From the human T2T-CHM13v2.0 reference genome, Homo sapiens, in assembly GCF_009914755.1 (NCBI RefSeq), contig NC_060936.1: DNA of 64,000 nt; one strand, written 5' to 3'. The notes under the pieces were generated by a model. It searched no databases. It saw only the letters and a program-made list of their open reading frames with translations, and was not told the origin of the DNA. The position numbers and the translations under genes are program-made. Shown one piece after another: positions 18,030-32,430 of the stretch (its first letter is position 1; each line of letters opens with the position of its first letter).

Positions 18030-18680
18030 AGTTGGAAAAAAGATAGGGATATGGGTGCAGATTTGAGTAACATTCATGTTGCATAAATAGGCTTCTTCGA
18101 GGGACTCAAGACTAAGCACTTGGTGAGAATTTGTTGTGGTGATGGCAGTTTGGTTTGAGTATTTTAGTGGACCATGGTGCTGTTAATTGGAATCAGGAAC
18201 AGGGAAAATTCACATATTCTGGTGCTTGCACGGTATATAGGTAGAAAAGTCCAGAAAGCAGCTGAATATGTAGGTCAAGAGTTCCGCTCTGGAGATAAAT
18301 GGGAAACTTAATTTTATAGCTGGAAGTTGGAAACATGGCAGTAGATTAAATTATACGAGAAGGTGTGTAGGAGTAGAGCTGGTATAATGAGTAGTATTAA
18401 TTTAACAATTAAGGGTAGTACAATGAGTACTATTAACATAATGAGTACAGAATAGAATGACATTTATGAGGTGAATCAAGAAAGACACTCTCAAAGAACA
18501 CTGATATTCCTTGCAAACGAAAGGACAGTTAATCTAGGAATTGTGAACAATAAAGATCTTAAAGATGTTAAAATGGAGGATGATCAATGCTGCTGTAGAT
18601 CAATAAGGAAAGGAAGTCAGAACATGATAATTATCATGAAAGGAGATGAGTTGCTTATATTCAGGTGAAAAACAGTGGGC
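18030..18680 (-). mobile_element. L2 fragment
   Basis: Purine-rich antisense L2 text (GCAGCTGAATATGTAGGTC...CTGGAGATAAAT). Confidence 0.5.
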
Positions 18681-19149
18681 CTCCTGTTTGAGACAGAGAC
18701 ACGAGGTGGCCTTTAAGGATACATCTCCAACCACCAAGGCCTACAGAGGAAGTGGTAGATCATATCTCGGATGATATAGGCTGGTGTTCCTATTCATCCA
18801 ATGCCAGGTGATTGGCAATTGTTCTTGTTATTAGGATGTGTTCTTTACTTCACCATCTACATCATTTAGCTAGCCAGACCAAAACAGAAATTATTGTAAG
18901 GTAGTATCTGACTCAGGAAGGAGTGTTTCTCCAAATACAGCCAATTTGGGAACCTAGGCCTTATGGTTGCTCTCAAACGATCAAGTAGCAAAATTGTGGT
19001 GTTCAGTCAGACGGATGATAAAGCTCTTTCACAGAAAATGCCCTAGAGTCAATTGCCTCTGAACAGTCAAGGAAACATTTTTCAGGTCTTACTACTTTCG
19101 CATAATAGTTTAGCTTTAAAGCAAACTGAAAGCTGCTTTCTTCTCAGTC

Positions 19150-19480
19150 TCAATTAGAGCTCTCTTCTCTACCCATCCCCTACCCTGCGAACTCTAGGTG
19201 CCTGGGGCCCTGCAGACATTCAGCAGTGTCTCCTCAACTCAAGGAGACTGTTGGACTCAGCCAGGTTTCCTTCCCTGCCCTGCAGCCTGGAAATGCTCTC
19301 CAAGCAGCAAGCTGGGGCAGACATAGGGCCCATCTCTCAAAGATCACTGTCATTTGTTACCTGAAGTCCTATGTTTTAAGAACCTACTTTTTTATATTCT
19401 TGGCCTATTATTTTCAGTGTTTCTGATGGGAGGGTATATCAGACCCCTGTTAGTTCTTCTTGGGTAGAATTATAAGTTGA
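19150..19480 (-). mobile_element. L1M 5'-end fragment
   Basis: TGTCTCCTCAACTCAAG...GCAGCAAGCTGGGGCAGACATAGGGC...ACCTGAAGTCC is homologous to 3576-3720. Confidence 0.7.
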
Positions 19481-19579
19481 TTTTATTTATTTTTAGCGAA
19501 TTATTTTTCCTTGTCTCAATAAAAATTTAAGAAATCCATTAGGATGGATATAAAAGTGTTTATTTTAGAGCCATGATCA

Positions 19580-19955
<376 letters not shown>

Positions 19956-20299
19956 CAAAACAGCATTCAAACAGCTAAGACTTCAGTTTAATGAATTGAC
20001 TCAAGCAGGATAAATCTGACTTGCATTTAACTGGCTAAAATAGCTGAAATTAATAAAAAGTTGAAAATTTTGGAAGGGCATTTTCTTAGACCACTGGTGA
20101 TGGTCATCATAGTTGTTTTTCAGTTGTAGAATCAAAAGTTTGTATAAAATAGGCCATTAGAACTGAGAAAAAAAATAAGAATACAGAAATACTATGAGGA
20201 CCAGGACATTATTTTGTTCCTCACTGTATTCTCAGGCCTGACAATAATTGTCTAGTAGATTGTAGTGCTCAATAAATATGTGTAAAATAAAGAATGGGC

Positions 20300-20605
20300 A
20301 GCCAGGTGCAGTGGCTCACACCTGTAATCCCAGCACTTTGGGAGGCCAAGGCGGGTGGATCATGAGGTCAAGAGTTTGAGACCAGCCTGGCCAATATGGT
20401 GAAACCTTGTCTCTGCTAAAAAATACAAAAATTAGCCAGGCGTGGTGGCAAGCACCTGTAGTCCCGGCTACTCAGGACGTCAGGGCAAGAGAATCGCTTG
20501 AGCCTGGGAAGCAGAGGTTGCAGTGAGCCAAGATCGTGCCACTGCACTTCAGCCTGGGCGACAGAATGAGACTCCATCTCAAAAAATAAAAAAATTAAAA
20601 AAAAA
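20300..20605 (+). mobile_element. AluSg-like, inserted in an L2 tail
   Basis: GGATCATGAGGTC (2-nt-shorter variant); flanked by AAAGAATG; L2 3' ends at ~20190-20295 and ~20630-20740. Confidence 0.9.
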
Positions 20606-21029
20606 GAATGAGTGTGAGAATTAACGCTGACTCCTTGAAGGCAGGGACTGTGTTTATTTTGCTGAATTTATAACACCTAGTTTTGGGTATGGCATCTTGT
20701 ACTCAAGGAACACTGTATTAGTTGGATTAATAAATGAATAAAATTCCATGGGCTACAGATAATACCTCATAGCTTAAAAAATGTATTTTCAGTTCTGGAA
20801 ATTTTTAGTCTCTATATCACTAAGAAGTTATACTAAAAAATGGGAGGAAATCCAAATAAATGATGACATGGCCGTCATGGAGTTTAAACTTAATCTTTTC
20901 CAATCTGGTAATGAAAAAATTTATGTTGAAAATATGAATTGTACTGCAAAAGCTAGACAAGTGAAAAAGTTTATCTGTTGGAAATCCTTTTTTCCATTTC
21001 TGGTTGAAACTCATTCCATGGAGAAGGAA

Positions 21030-22300
21030 CGGTAAGATATGCCAAAAAGCAGACACAGGCATTTAAAGAGAAAGGAAAATTAGTGACCACGTACCACAAA
21101 TCACCACTGGAACAATGAAGACTCACAACATCAGAAGGATGTTCTAGACACAAGATGCTGCGGAGCCAAGAGCATCTTTATACCTCAGGGGAAGAAAAGG
21201 CAGCGAGTTCCTGTGTCTTCCCCCTCCCCCCTCCACAAGGCTGTTTCATCCTAAGCTCTTTGCTCATTGCAAATAGGAGTGCTCGGTTTTCTTCATGCTT
21301 TTCAAAGCCAGTTGTGGTATAAGCGAGGGCCTCTTAATTCTCCCAGGCCAGAATGGAGGCCTAACCGAAATTGGCAAGCGAGGATGCAGAGAGGGAGCAG
21401 GCCAAGTAAACAGTACCCTACAAACAGCCTTTTCACTAGTCTTGTTCCCATTGAGGACATGCGAGAGGCTACATGTGTACCCCATCAAGAAGGATGAAAA
21501 ACTCAAACTACCACAAGACTGCCCCACATTAATTTTGCTAATGCTAATTTTGTCATTGGGCGTTTAAATCTTATGATTCACTGATGTTGGACCCCAGCTA
21601 TTGGTGGAGATACCTATGGACAGTTAAGTTGAAAAACAACTGCCCCCAGCCTCCCTTCCCTTGTGCCTGCAATGCACCGCGGTCCTGTAGTGCAGCAACG
21701 GCTCTCCTTCCTTTTGTCCTTTGGACTCCTAAGCGCACAGTAAGGCCTAGTTCTTCAACGATTGGTTTGTGGGGACTTTGCCATTCCTCTATTCAGCAAA
21801 AGACAATCTCCTCTGTGTTGCAACTCTATATCTGGCGAGAGGATAGGAGGGTTGGCGCGACCAGAGCTGGCTACTAAAAGCAGGCACAGTAAAACCCCAC
21901 AATGATTTGCCTCTTTTTCAGCTTGGCACATCATGTTAGAAGCTGGAATAGAGAAACGTTTGTAATGACTTGCAGTTGGGAGGAGGTTGATGGCGCTTCT
22001 GTAGAAGTCCTGTGTGCCTCCCCCCACCCCTTTCGTGGCACCGTCATGAGCCTCACTTTTGCTTTTCATATTTTAAATTCGGTCTGTACTGAACTTGCCA
22101 CAGAAATAGATCTGCACTGACACTCCCACTCTCAAGCTGCCGGTGCTACAGTCACAGGTTTTGACATTGCTTGAGCCAACCCAGAAGCTAGAAAGTTGAA
22201 GCAGAATTAAAGAGGTGGCTGCATGAATAAACCCACTTCCTGGTTGGAAAACCTGGATCATATGCTATTTCCATCTCTGACACTGTTATAAATCTTTAAC
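21030..22300. promoter_or_regulatory. Repeat-free, CpG-retaining promoter/enhancer-like block
   Basis: Roughly two dozen CpGs by eye in ~1.1 kb; inverted CCAAT 21761, kB-like GGGGACTTTGCC 21771, E2F-like TTGGCGCG 21852, ETS core ACTTCC 22235. Confidence 0.45.
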
Positions 22301-22839
22301 ATCAACACTATGCTCGTCACATAGCAATTGCCTGCATGCTGAAGGTCTTGCTAAAAAAAGAGAACTGTTATACGAGACAGGCATATTTTTTGCCTAAGTG
22401 AAAGGGCACAGTAGGGATTGTCCTCACTTGCTCATCTCTACTGTGGATGCCTGGGCCCTGAAAGAGATTGACGGAACCAGTGGGTCAGGGCCAGCCTTCA
22501 GGGTGGGAGGCGGGCAACTGGGTGGCCTAGTGGGAGGTAACAGGAGGTGCTGGCAGGTGAGTGGGACTGAGCAGCCAAGGTAGAGGTCTGGCAAGGCAGC
22601 CCAAGGTGTCAGCCTGGCATCAGGAGCCTCACTCTGGGCCTGAAAACCACAGCAGCCCTTAAGCACTTGGAAGAATGCTAGGTTGAGGTAGGGAGAAAGA
22701 GAGACCCAGATTTTTGTCCCTAGAGACAATATTAGTTATTATTTCTTGAGCAACTGTCAGGAGCTAGGCATTAGGCTAGAAATGTTCTCTATACCAATAA
22801 CTGTTTATATCACAACGCATTTCATTTGCTAATTCACTG

Positions 22840-23110
22840 TTTCATATCTCACTGGATTGCGAGTTCCTTGAGGGAAGGGCCTATGTCTTGATCACCATCA
22901 GCAGGGAACCTACAAGGGAACTTGGCCCACCATTCATTGAATAAATGAATGAATGGCCCTACATCTTTGGACAGCCCTGCAAGGAATTCTAATGCCCATG
23001 TTCTTGTTGATGAAACCAAGTCCCTGAGAGATTAAGAGGCTTGTCCAAGGTCATACACAATCACTAATGGCAACACTAAGATTTGAACTCTTTCCATTAA
23101 GCCACACTGC
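22840..23110. mobile_element. L2 3' end followed by MIR
   Basis: GAGTTCCTTGAGGGAAGGGCC...TGAATAAATGAATGAATG, then GATGAAACCAAG...CTTGTCCAAGGTCATACA. Confidence 0.65.
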
Positions 23111-23336
23111 TCAGGGGACCAGATCAGAATTTAGGAATAATGGGCCAAGAGAGGTTCCAGATTCTGGAAATGGAGTTCAATGTGGAGATTTTTCAAAAAG
23201 GAATATCTTACTGAAGTTGAGTGAATGGTGAAAATGGAACCAGCACCAGAGGTGACAGTAGCTCCCTTAGCTGCTGTTACTACACTCCCTGTGCCCCACC
23301 CTCCTGTCCTGCCTATCCCTGCATATGCAAGAGGGG

Positions 23337-23498
23337 TAAGGTTGCCAGACAAAATCTAGCAGACCCAGTTAAATTTGGATTTCAGATAAACAACAAATAA
23401 TTTTGTAGTATAAGTTTGTCCTATGCAATATTGCCGTTTATCTGAAATTCAAATATAACTGGCATCTTATATTTTTATTTGCTAACTTTGGCAACTCA
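23337..23498 (-). mobile_element. MER53 palindromic hAT MITE with internal deletion
   Basis: Termini TAAGGTTGCCAGA and TGGCAACTCA; internal arms 23365-23391 and 23436-23462 are reverse complements at 25/27 positions. Confidence 0.88.
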
Positions 23499-23886
23499 AG
23501 GTGGGGATTGGTTTTAAGGATGCATGTGGAAATCAGGAGGAAGTTTAAACCATTTCAACACCACAAAGCTGGTTATTAATACACATGGTTCCAGCATTGC
23601 CATGACTGGGATGTTCAGTAGGGAGTGAGGAGTTCTGGGATGATAGCCCACTGGGTTCCAGATAAACAGCAGCTGTGGTGACCTCTTGTTATCTTCTCAG
23701 AAGTGAAGTTCATTGTTCCTGCTCCCTTCCCCTGTGCATCTTCCCATATCATGCTTCCCAAGAGAGGACATCTAGTTGCGTTAGTTTGTCACTATTCCAT
23801 ATGGAGGGTCTGGCACAGAATAGGTACTTAGTAAATATTTCTTGAATAAATAAACAAATTTCAAAATGTGTCATCTCATAAATGGT

Positions 23887-24219
23887 TGTATTAGTCTGTT
23901 TTCACGCTGCTGATAAAGACATACCCAAGACTGGGTAATTTATACAGGAAAAAGCACTTAATGGACTTAGTTTCACATGGCTGGGGAGGCCTCACAATCA
24001 TGGTGGAAGGCAAGGAGGAGCAAGTCATGTCTTACATGGATGGCAGCATGAAATAAGAGCTGGTGCAGGGAAACTCCCCTTTTTAAAACCATCAGATCTC
24101 GTGAGATTTACTATCATGAGAACAGCTTGGGAAAGACCTGCCCTCATGATTCAATTACCTCCCACAACACATGGGCATTCAAGATGAGGTTTGAGTGGGG
24201 ACACAGCCAAACCATATCA
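23887..24219 (-). mobile_element. THE1C-like solo LTR
   Basis: TGTATTAGTCTGTTTTCACGCTGCTGATAAAG...CAGCCAAACCATATCA; 5-bp TSD ATGGT at 23882-23886 and 24220-24224. Confidence 0.93.
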
Positions 24220-24319
24220 ATGGTTAATCTCCCTTATGTCCAGACTATCCATGGACAACTTTGCATATTTTTAGGTCTAATCAGTTGGGGCTAGGGAATC
24301 ATGATGGAAAGGCATAGTG

Positions 24320-24361
24320 TTTGTTTGTTTGTTTGTTTGTTTGTGTTTTTTTTTTTTTTTT
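24320..24361. repeat. (TTTG)n followed by poly(T)
   Basis: Seen directly. Confidence 0.9.
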
Positions 24362-24529
24362 GAGCCTTTTGGGCTGCTTTCTTCATAGGGAGCTGGGTGT
24401 GCAGACCATCTTGGACATGCTGGTCTATCTGGAACACATGGTCTGACCAGTACATACAGCCATGTGGTAAATGTGGCCTGTCCAGTAGGCCATCCTTAGC
24501 TATTAGCAGTCCATGAGCTCTATTGTTGT

Positions 24530-24663
24530 TAGAGTGATAGTATAATTTGTCATCTAAACTGAGATACCTTGATGCATAAAAGGAGATTGTATTGATAATG
24601 CCACCAGAACAACCAATATAAGCCTGAGCTATTCTGGGCAAACTGGGACATATCGACATCCTA
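24530..24663 (+). mobile_element. MER94 (hAT-Blackjack)
   Basis: TAGAGTGATAGTATAATTTGTCATCTAAACTGAGATAC...GGGCAAACTGGGACATATCGACATCCTA; 134 bp with degenerate TAGGGTGACC-type TIRs. Confidence 0.75.
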
Positions 24664-24664
24664 C

Positions 24665-25008
<344 letters not shown>

Positions 25009-25327
25009 TCTACATCTTAATTTCTGTGAATAACAAATAATACACTCTAGAATCCCCTGGATTCTATAATCTTCAAATGCCACTCTTTGGATACAAGGAC
25101 CATGTTAGCCAATCAGCTGCAGTGTGCCCTTGTATTGCATTCCCTTAAGATAAGTTTATCAGGAGAGATTCTATGAAATTTGCCTCACAAATCTGATTCA
25201 TATCATATTTTGCTTAGTATATTTCTGCCTCCATCACTCAATCGGAATCTCTTAAAATAAGGGTCTGTGCCACTGGCCTTTGTATTCCTGGCACCAAGCA
25301 CACTTCCCTATGCTTAGAGAGTATGCT

Positions 25328-26030
<703 letters not shown>

Positions 26031-27100
26031 ACCTAGTAAATGTGAATGAAATTCAACTTAGCATTATTATTTAGCTCCACACCCCAGACTTTTCTGCCAT
26101 GAAGGTGGGGTGAGGTAGGATGATGTGGCTACAGGATAGGGAAGAGAGCTCACTCTTGTGTATAATATTTGCAAAGCCAATATGTATGCTCATCTTTCTG
26201 TTTTCTGTTTGGGCACATTTACACCTGGGAGCGGTGAGAAAAGCTTCAGTGCTGGATTTTCCTTGCTCATGTATAAGGATTATCCTTCTCCTTTGCCAGG
26301 GTCATGACTGGGAAGAGTCCAGCTATCCTAGCAGGAATAGTGAATAGTAACTTTCTGATTCTTCCATCTCCAGGGCTGCGTGATGTGAATTCATACTGTT
26401 CACTGACACCTGTCAGTACCTGGTACCAGGCACTGCATGGGACCTGGGAAGGATTACAAAATATCAAGGTCCTTGTCTTCAAACAGCTTTCACTTAAATA
26501 GAAGAGCAAGACATGTGCATCTATTTCTAGATGAGGTGGAATATATCAAGTCCTTGCTACTTGGAATTCCTGTATTATAGCCCACTTGGGTCTCTCTGAT
26601 TTCAAGTCCTGACCAGACATGCCAGCAGCAGATGGAACCCCAATAGTTATTGCAGTAATGCCTGCTTCCTCCAGGAAGCCATTCCCACATCAGGTTAAGA
26701 AGGTTTGATTCCTACCAGACTGGGTTTGACTCCTTCCTTCTCCCTCCTATGCTGTATACTTTGTAACTGTGAAGATAGTTGATTGAATTATCTATCTAAT
26801 ATTTGGGGATATCATGGCTCTTGTGACCCAATTTTCTGAAATACGATTATACAAATACAATTAGATTTTTCTTAGTGATCCTTTATTGAATGGAGGAGGA
26901 AACCTAGTCACAGTTTACCGAAGACTATTTCTATCTAGAGGAGCTAATTAGACAGGATTGGCATCAGCAGGGATTTCTTAGAATCCATCTCAGGCAGACC
27001 ACAGGCATTCTTAGCCATGATGCTTCCCTATCCCAGGCTATCCTATAGGCTATAGCACCACCACCTCACAGAGTGTCACTTTGCTCCTAGGTGAGCCTTA

Positions 27101-27228
27101 TTTTTTTTCTTTTGAAATGAGGTCTCACTGTGTTGCCCAGGCTTGTCTCTAACTCCTGGGCTCAAGTGATCCTCCTACCCTAGCCTCACACATAGCTGGG
27201 ATTATAGGCATCAGCCACTGAGCCCAGG
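27101..27228 (-). mobile_element. FLAM / Alu monomer
   Basis: Single ~130-bp Alu arm with a T tail. Confidence 0.8.
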
Positions 27229-27671
27229 TCAGTGGCCATTTTAACCACCATGTCTTACCTTGTGTTTTGGGGAAATTTGAGAATTTTCTAAGGTTTCCAG
27301 ACATATCTCTTAAAATTCAGTTTTATGTCCAAGCACATTTCTCAGTAGGTTCTAGAGCTCTGATCCTTTAATTTTCTGATTCCATGTTGACAACTCAGAT
27401 TTTTATTTTACCTGTGAAAAACTGAAGTTCAGTTCAGTAATTTGCCTAAAGGTCACATACTTGGTTGATTGAAACACCCTATGACTCACAAAGGTAGATC
27501 TTACATATGAACTGGAATCCATTAGGGACAGTTGATGACAAGAATGACTACATTTTTCTGAGCTCTGTGTTTGTGAAAACATACATCTCTTTTTAGATTT
27601 TTCATTTTATAAGTGTCCTGTTAAGGTAATTCCCTTGAGCATATATTCCCTGTTTTATGGTAGTATTGGTT

Positions 27672-27963
27672 CTTTATTTTTTGAGATGGGGTCTCACTCT
27701 GTCACCCAGGTTGGAGTGCGGTGGCAGTGACCTTGGCTGTCTGCAACCTCCACCTCCCAGGCTCAAGGGATCCTCCCACCTCAGCCTCCCAAGTAGCTGG
27801 GACCACAGACGCTGCCACCACACCCAGTTAATGTTTTATTTTTGGTAGAGACAAGAATCTTGCCATGTTGCCCAGGCTTGTCTCAAATTCCTAAGCTCAG
27901 GTGATCCACCCATCTCGGCCTCCTAAAGTGCTGGGATTGCAAGCAGGAACCACTGCGCTGGAC
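27672..27963 (-). mobile_element. AluJ
   Basis: Diverged Alu dimer; TSD-like TTATG(G/A)TAGTAT..GTTCT. Confidence 0.9.
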
Positions 27964-28162
27964 TTATGATAGTATCCGTTCTATAAAAGGCAGATTTCTA
28001 AGTTGCATTGAGTTATTCACATAAACAAAACCTAAACCTGGCCAATGGAATCTCAGGGACAATCGCAGTGGCATCACATGTCTCTTCTATAAAAGGCTGG
28101 AGAGACCCAGAGGGGAAGTTTCTCCAGGAATCAGGACAAAATTAAATGCTGTGCATCACCCA

Positions 28163-28834
28163 CATAGGGATGGAAAGCAGATAACCCCTTTCCTTCCCAT
28201 CATAAGGATCACTTCCGACATCTAAAGACCAGTTAATAAGAGAAAAGCATAACAAATGTGTTTAATCATAGTTTTATGTTACTGGGGATCCTTGAGAACA
28301 AAGACCCAAAGATACAGGGAAAACAATCCATTTTTATGCTTAGGTTTAGAGAATGAACAGCTGTGTAGAACTGTGATTGGACACACACACATAGAGGTAT
28401 GATCGAATGCTATTAGACGGAGTAGGGAAAGCCAGCAAGGCCCGTCTGTCTAGATTCTTCTTGGCCTCTCTGAGCAGCATTCCTTCCTTCTGGGTATGGG
28501 GCAGGACCCTTTCTGGAATTGGGGTCTTATGACCTATAATCAGACAAGGTAGGGAATTTCTTAATGGCCAGCTCTTACACAGAGAGGTGGGCTAAGGTTA
28601 AAATCATATTTTTAGGTTTTATGGCTGGCTTTGGGGAAAATGGATTCAGATTTCTATTACCTACTTGGGGAAGAAGAATTCTTAGTTGCTATGGCTTGCC
28701 ATGGGACAGGGGTTTGTGGTGGGAGAGAAGGAGGAGTGAGAGACAAGAGGTCAGGGGGAGGGCAGAGGGAAGCTTTGCTTTTGAGTCTGCTTCTGATGTC
28801 TTCACTCTTGGATATCATTTTCTGAGCCCCAACA
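28163..28834 (-). mobile_element. MER39-like ERV1 solo LTR
   Basis: Ends ATCATTTTCTGAGCCCCAACA (reverse complement of the TGTTGGGGCTCAGAAAA start); possible 4-bp TSD CCCA. Confidence 0.75.
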
Positions 28835-28889
28835 CCCAGTTACTCTGATAGATAGGAAAGAATCCAAAAAAAAAAAAAAAAAAAAAAGA

Positions 28890-29243
<354 letters not shown>

Positions 29244-29299
29244 TTATCCTTAAGAAGCAACAAAATGCTGTTGATGTGGAACAGTTAAGACTAAGCTAG

Positions 29300-29690
29300 A
29301 TTATGAACTCCACTTTCTGGCTTCTATGAATGTCCTTCCACTTCTTGGGTCCCTCCCCTTCCTGTGTTTCTTTGGCTGTCAAAATACTACCAATTTTTTA
29401 GGACCAACCCTTGCTCATGAGTTTCTTGATCCCTCTGGTTGGAATTAACATCTCTCTCTTCAGCAATCTCATGGCACTTTGATTAAGTGTCTTTTATAGC
29501 TCTTATATTCTAGCCAAGCACATAATAATGTTCATGTTTCATTTCCTCTGCTCTAGAGTAAGTCACCTGAGGACAGTGATTGTGACATTCCTCCTTTGTG
29601 TCCTCAGAAGGCCTAGCACTGTGCCAAGGACGTATTCCATGTGCTCCATATGTTGATGCAGTGAAATGAAATGGCATCACATTTGAATGG
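29300..29690 (+). mobile_element. L2 3' region
   Basis: CTAGAGTAAGTCACCTGAGGACAG...CCTAGCACTGTGCC...GTGCTCCATATGTTG. Confidence 0.6.
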
Positions 29691-30056
29691 ATAGGGCCAG
29701 AGCTGGGACAAAGCCTGAAAAACATTGTCTATTGACATAAAATAAACCAAAGGAATGTAGAGAATTTTTTAAACATCAGAGTTAAGATGGGGGACATGTA
29801 CTTTTCAAACTTAGAAATATTTTTCTTTTTTGTTCATGTATATTTTGTATGACATGATTAATATATATTACCAAAAATGAGTATATTTGTGTTTTTAAGA
29901 AAGTATCTTTTCTTGTGAAAACAGTACAATGACTATGAAATATCAGTTTTCTCCTTTTCTTTGCTTATACCATCCTGAATAACACAGAGGTCACATTCCT
30001 GATTTGTTTTAGAAAGTTGGCTTTTTAAAAAAATTATCAAAAGATGCTATATTTTA

Positions 30057-30364
<308 letters not shown>

Positions 30365-31101
30365 TTAGAATTTCATGTATAGGCTTAATAGTGCATTTAC
30401 CACCCCCTCCCTTTTTAAAGAGATCCTCCTTGTTTAGTGGGGGAGTAGAGGTTTTGAACACATGGAAATACTAGCAAATTTTGTAAGTAGACAAGACTGA
30501 GGCCAGCTCAACCTAGGGTTTGAAAAAGATTAAAGAGACTAAGGCAGCCTATGACAAACTGTCAGCCTGTGCACCCTGGATAAATGCCTGGCAGAATGTA
30601 GTGAATACCTCTCCACAGTAGACGCTTTGAATAGGCACATGATTCTAGTGTAGGGTGACATTTTGTGTAGTAGAATATATACTGTGCTTGTTTTAATAGA
30701 GTTTGCACAGACACTTGAAATCTATTGATATTCTAGATAGTGTATGTATGTGTCATAAAGAACCAATACTCAGGAGGAATGGACAAAGGAAATAATATTT
30801 GTTGAGTATTGCCATGTACTAGGCAATCAGCCTTTAAATAATAATAGTAGTAAAAATGGTAACAGTTATTATTCTGAATGAGTGCTTATTCTGTCCATGC
30901 ACTGAGCCATTCAATCCTTTTGGCAAATCTTACTACGTATTCTCTCCATGTTACAGATGAGTCAAGAAGCTCTAAGATTATAAGTAACCTGCTTAAGGTC
31001 ACACAGCCAGTCAGTGCCAGAGCCAGGCTTCAACCTGGTCTAGCCAGGGATTGCTTGGTTGTATGGTCAGATCTTATCTAAGTCTTGTTCAAAGAAAAAA
31101 A

Positions 31102-31672
31102 TTTTTTTGAATATTTTTATTTTAGAACAGTTTTAGATTTTGAGAAACATTGTAAAGATAGTACAGAGAGCACCCATATACCCAACACCCAGTGTTGGCC
31201 ATTGTTAACTTATTAAATTACTATAGCTTATTTTTATAATTAATAAACTAATATTCATACATTCTTAAGGTCCATAGTCTGATCAGATTTCCTTGGTTTT
31301 TATCTAATGTCCTTTTTCCATCCAGGATCCTAGCCAAAGATACCACGTTGAACTTAGTCATCATGTCTTCTTGGGCCTCTCTTGTTGTGATAGTGTCTCA
31401 GATTTTCCTTGTTTTTGATGACCTTGAAAGTGTTGAGGAGTACTGGTCAAATGTTTTGTGGAATGTCCCTCAGTTGAGGTTTGTCTGATGTTTTCCTTAT
31501 AATTGGCCTGGGGTTCTATGTTTTTGGGAGGAGGACCACAGAGGTAAAGTACCACTGTCATCACATCATATCCAAGTTACCTACCTACTATAAACACGAC
31601 TTATCACTGTTGATGTTGACGTTGGTCACCTGGCTGAGGTAGGGTTTGTTAGGTTTTTCACTATAAAGTTAC
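31102..31672 (-). mobile_element. L1MD/L1MC-type 3' end
   Basis: TAGAACAGTTTTAGATT...GATGACCTTGAAAGTGTTGAGGAGTACTGGTCA...; flanked by GAAAAAAATTTTT-like repeats. Confidence 0.8.
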
Positions 31673-32059
31673 CTGAAAAAAAATTTTTGTTGTTATAATG
31701 CAGAGAAATCACACACTAATGAATTATAGGCGGCTCCACAGGAATTGAAAATCATCAGGAAGTCCTCATCTCCAATATTCTCTCTTTGGGACTGTGTGGT
31801 CTCTCATTTCCTTTACTTTGGGTGCTTTTTTCATTATCTCTTCTCACTTTTCACTGACTGGTGATCGATTTCTGGCTGCAGGTCACTCTGTTTCCTGGTT
31901 TTCTTATTCTCTTCTCTCTCTGCTCTTCGATTCGGCTGGCAACAGCTCACTCGACATCCCTTTCCCCTTTCCCTGGCCAAGGACCTGCATGGCATGCATC
32001 TCATTTTCTCCTAGTTTCTTTTCCCCATCACGAGTGCCACTGTGTCCCACCTACTGCCA

Positions 32060-32430
32060 GTTGCTGTGCCAAACACTTGTCCCTGAATTAATTTGATCTT
32101 TAATACAACCCTGTGGGATATGTAGAATTATCTCCATTTTACACATGAGGAAATTGGGGTCCAGGGAAGGTTAAGAAATTGTCCTAAGGTCTTGTAAGTG
32201 ATAGACTTAACCTTAAAGTCAGGTTTTTCTGACTCCAAAGCCAATCCTCTGAAGTCTGAAATCACAGCACCATCCTTGTTGCCATTCTATATTTTCAGAT
32301 TCAAAACTCCCAACAGTCCTCTTAGGTTAAGTAGTTTGCCTGACATTACCCAGCTAGTAAGTGGGTAATGTGGGGGATCTGGGCTTAGACCCTGGTTTTT
32401 CACAGCCCATAAGTCCATCACACCAGATTG
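32060..32430 (-). mobile_element. Two MIR fragments
   Basis: CATTTTACACATGAGGAAATTGGGG and GGTTAAGTAGTTTGCCTGAC core matches. Confidence 0.7.

Noticed and set aside
18384-18450. Three AATGAGTA repeats as an array
   Set aside because: Short, irregularly spaced slippage in L2-derived sequence; not CRISPR-like
23337-23498. miR-1302 family gene
   Set aside because: The arm carrying the mature miR-1302-like sequence is deleted
24320-24530. Orphan poly(T) as the tail of a processed pseudogene
   Set aside because: No adjacent poly(A) signal, TSD or recognisable ORF; best explained as a simple repeat
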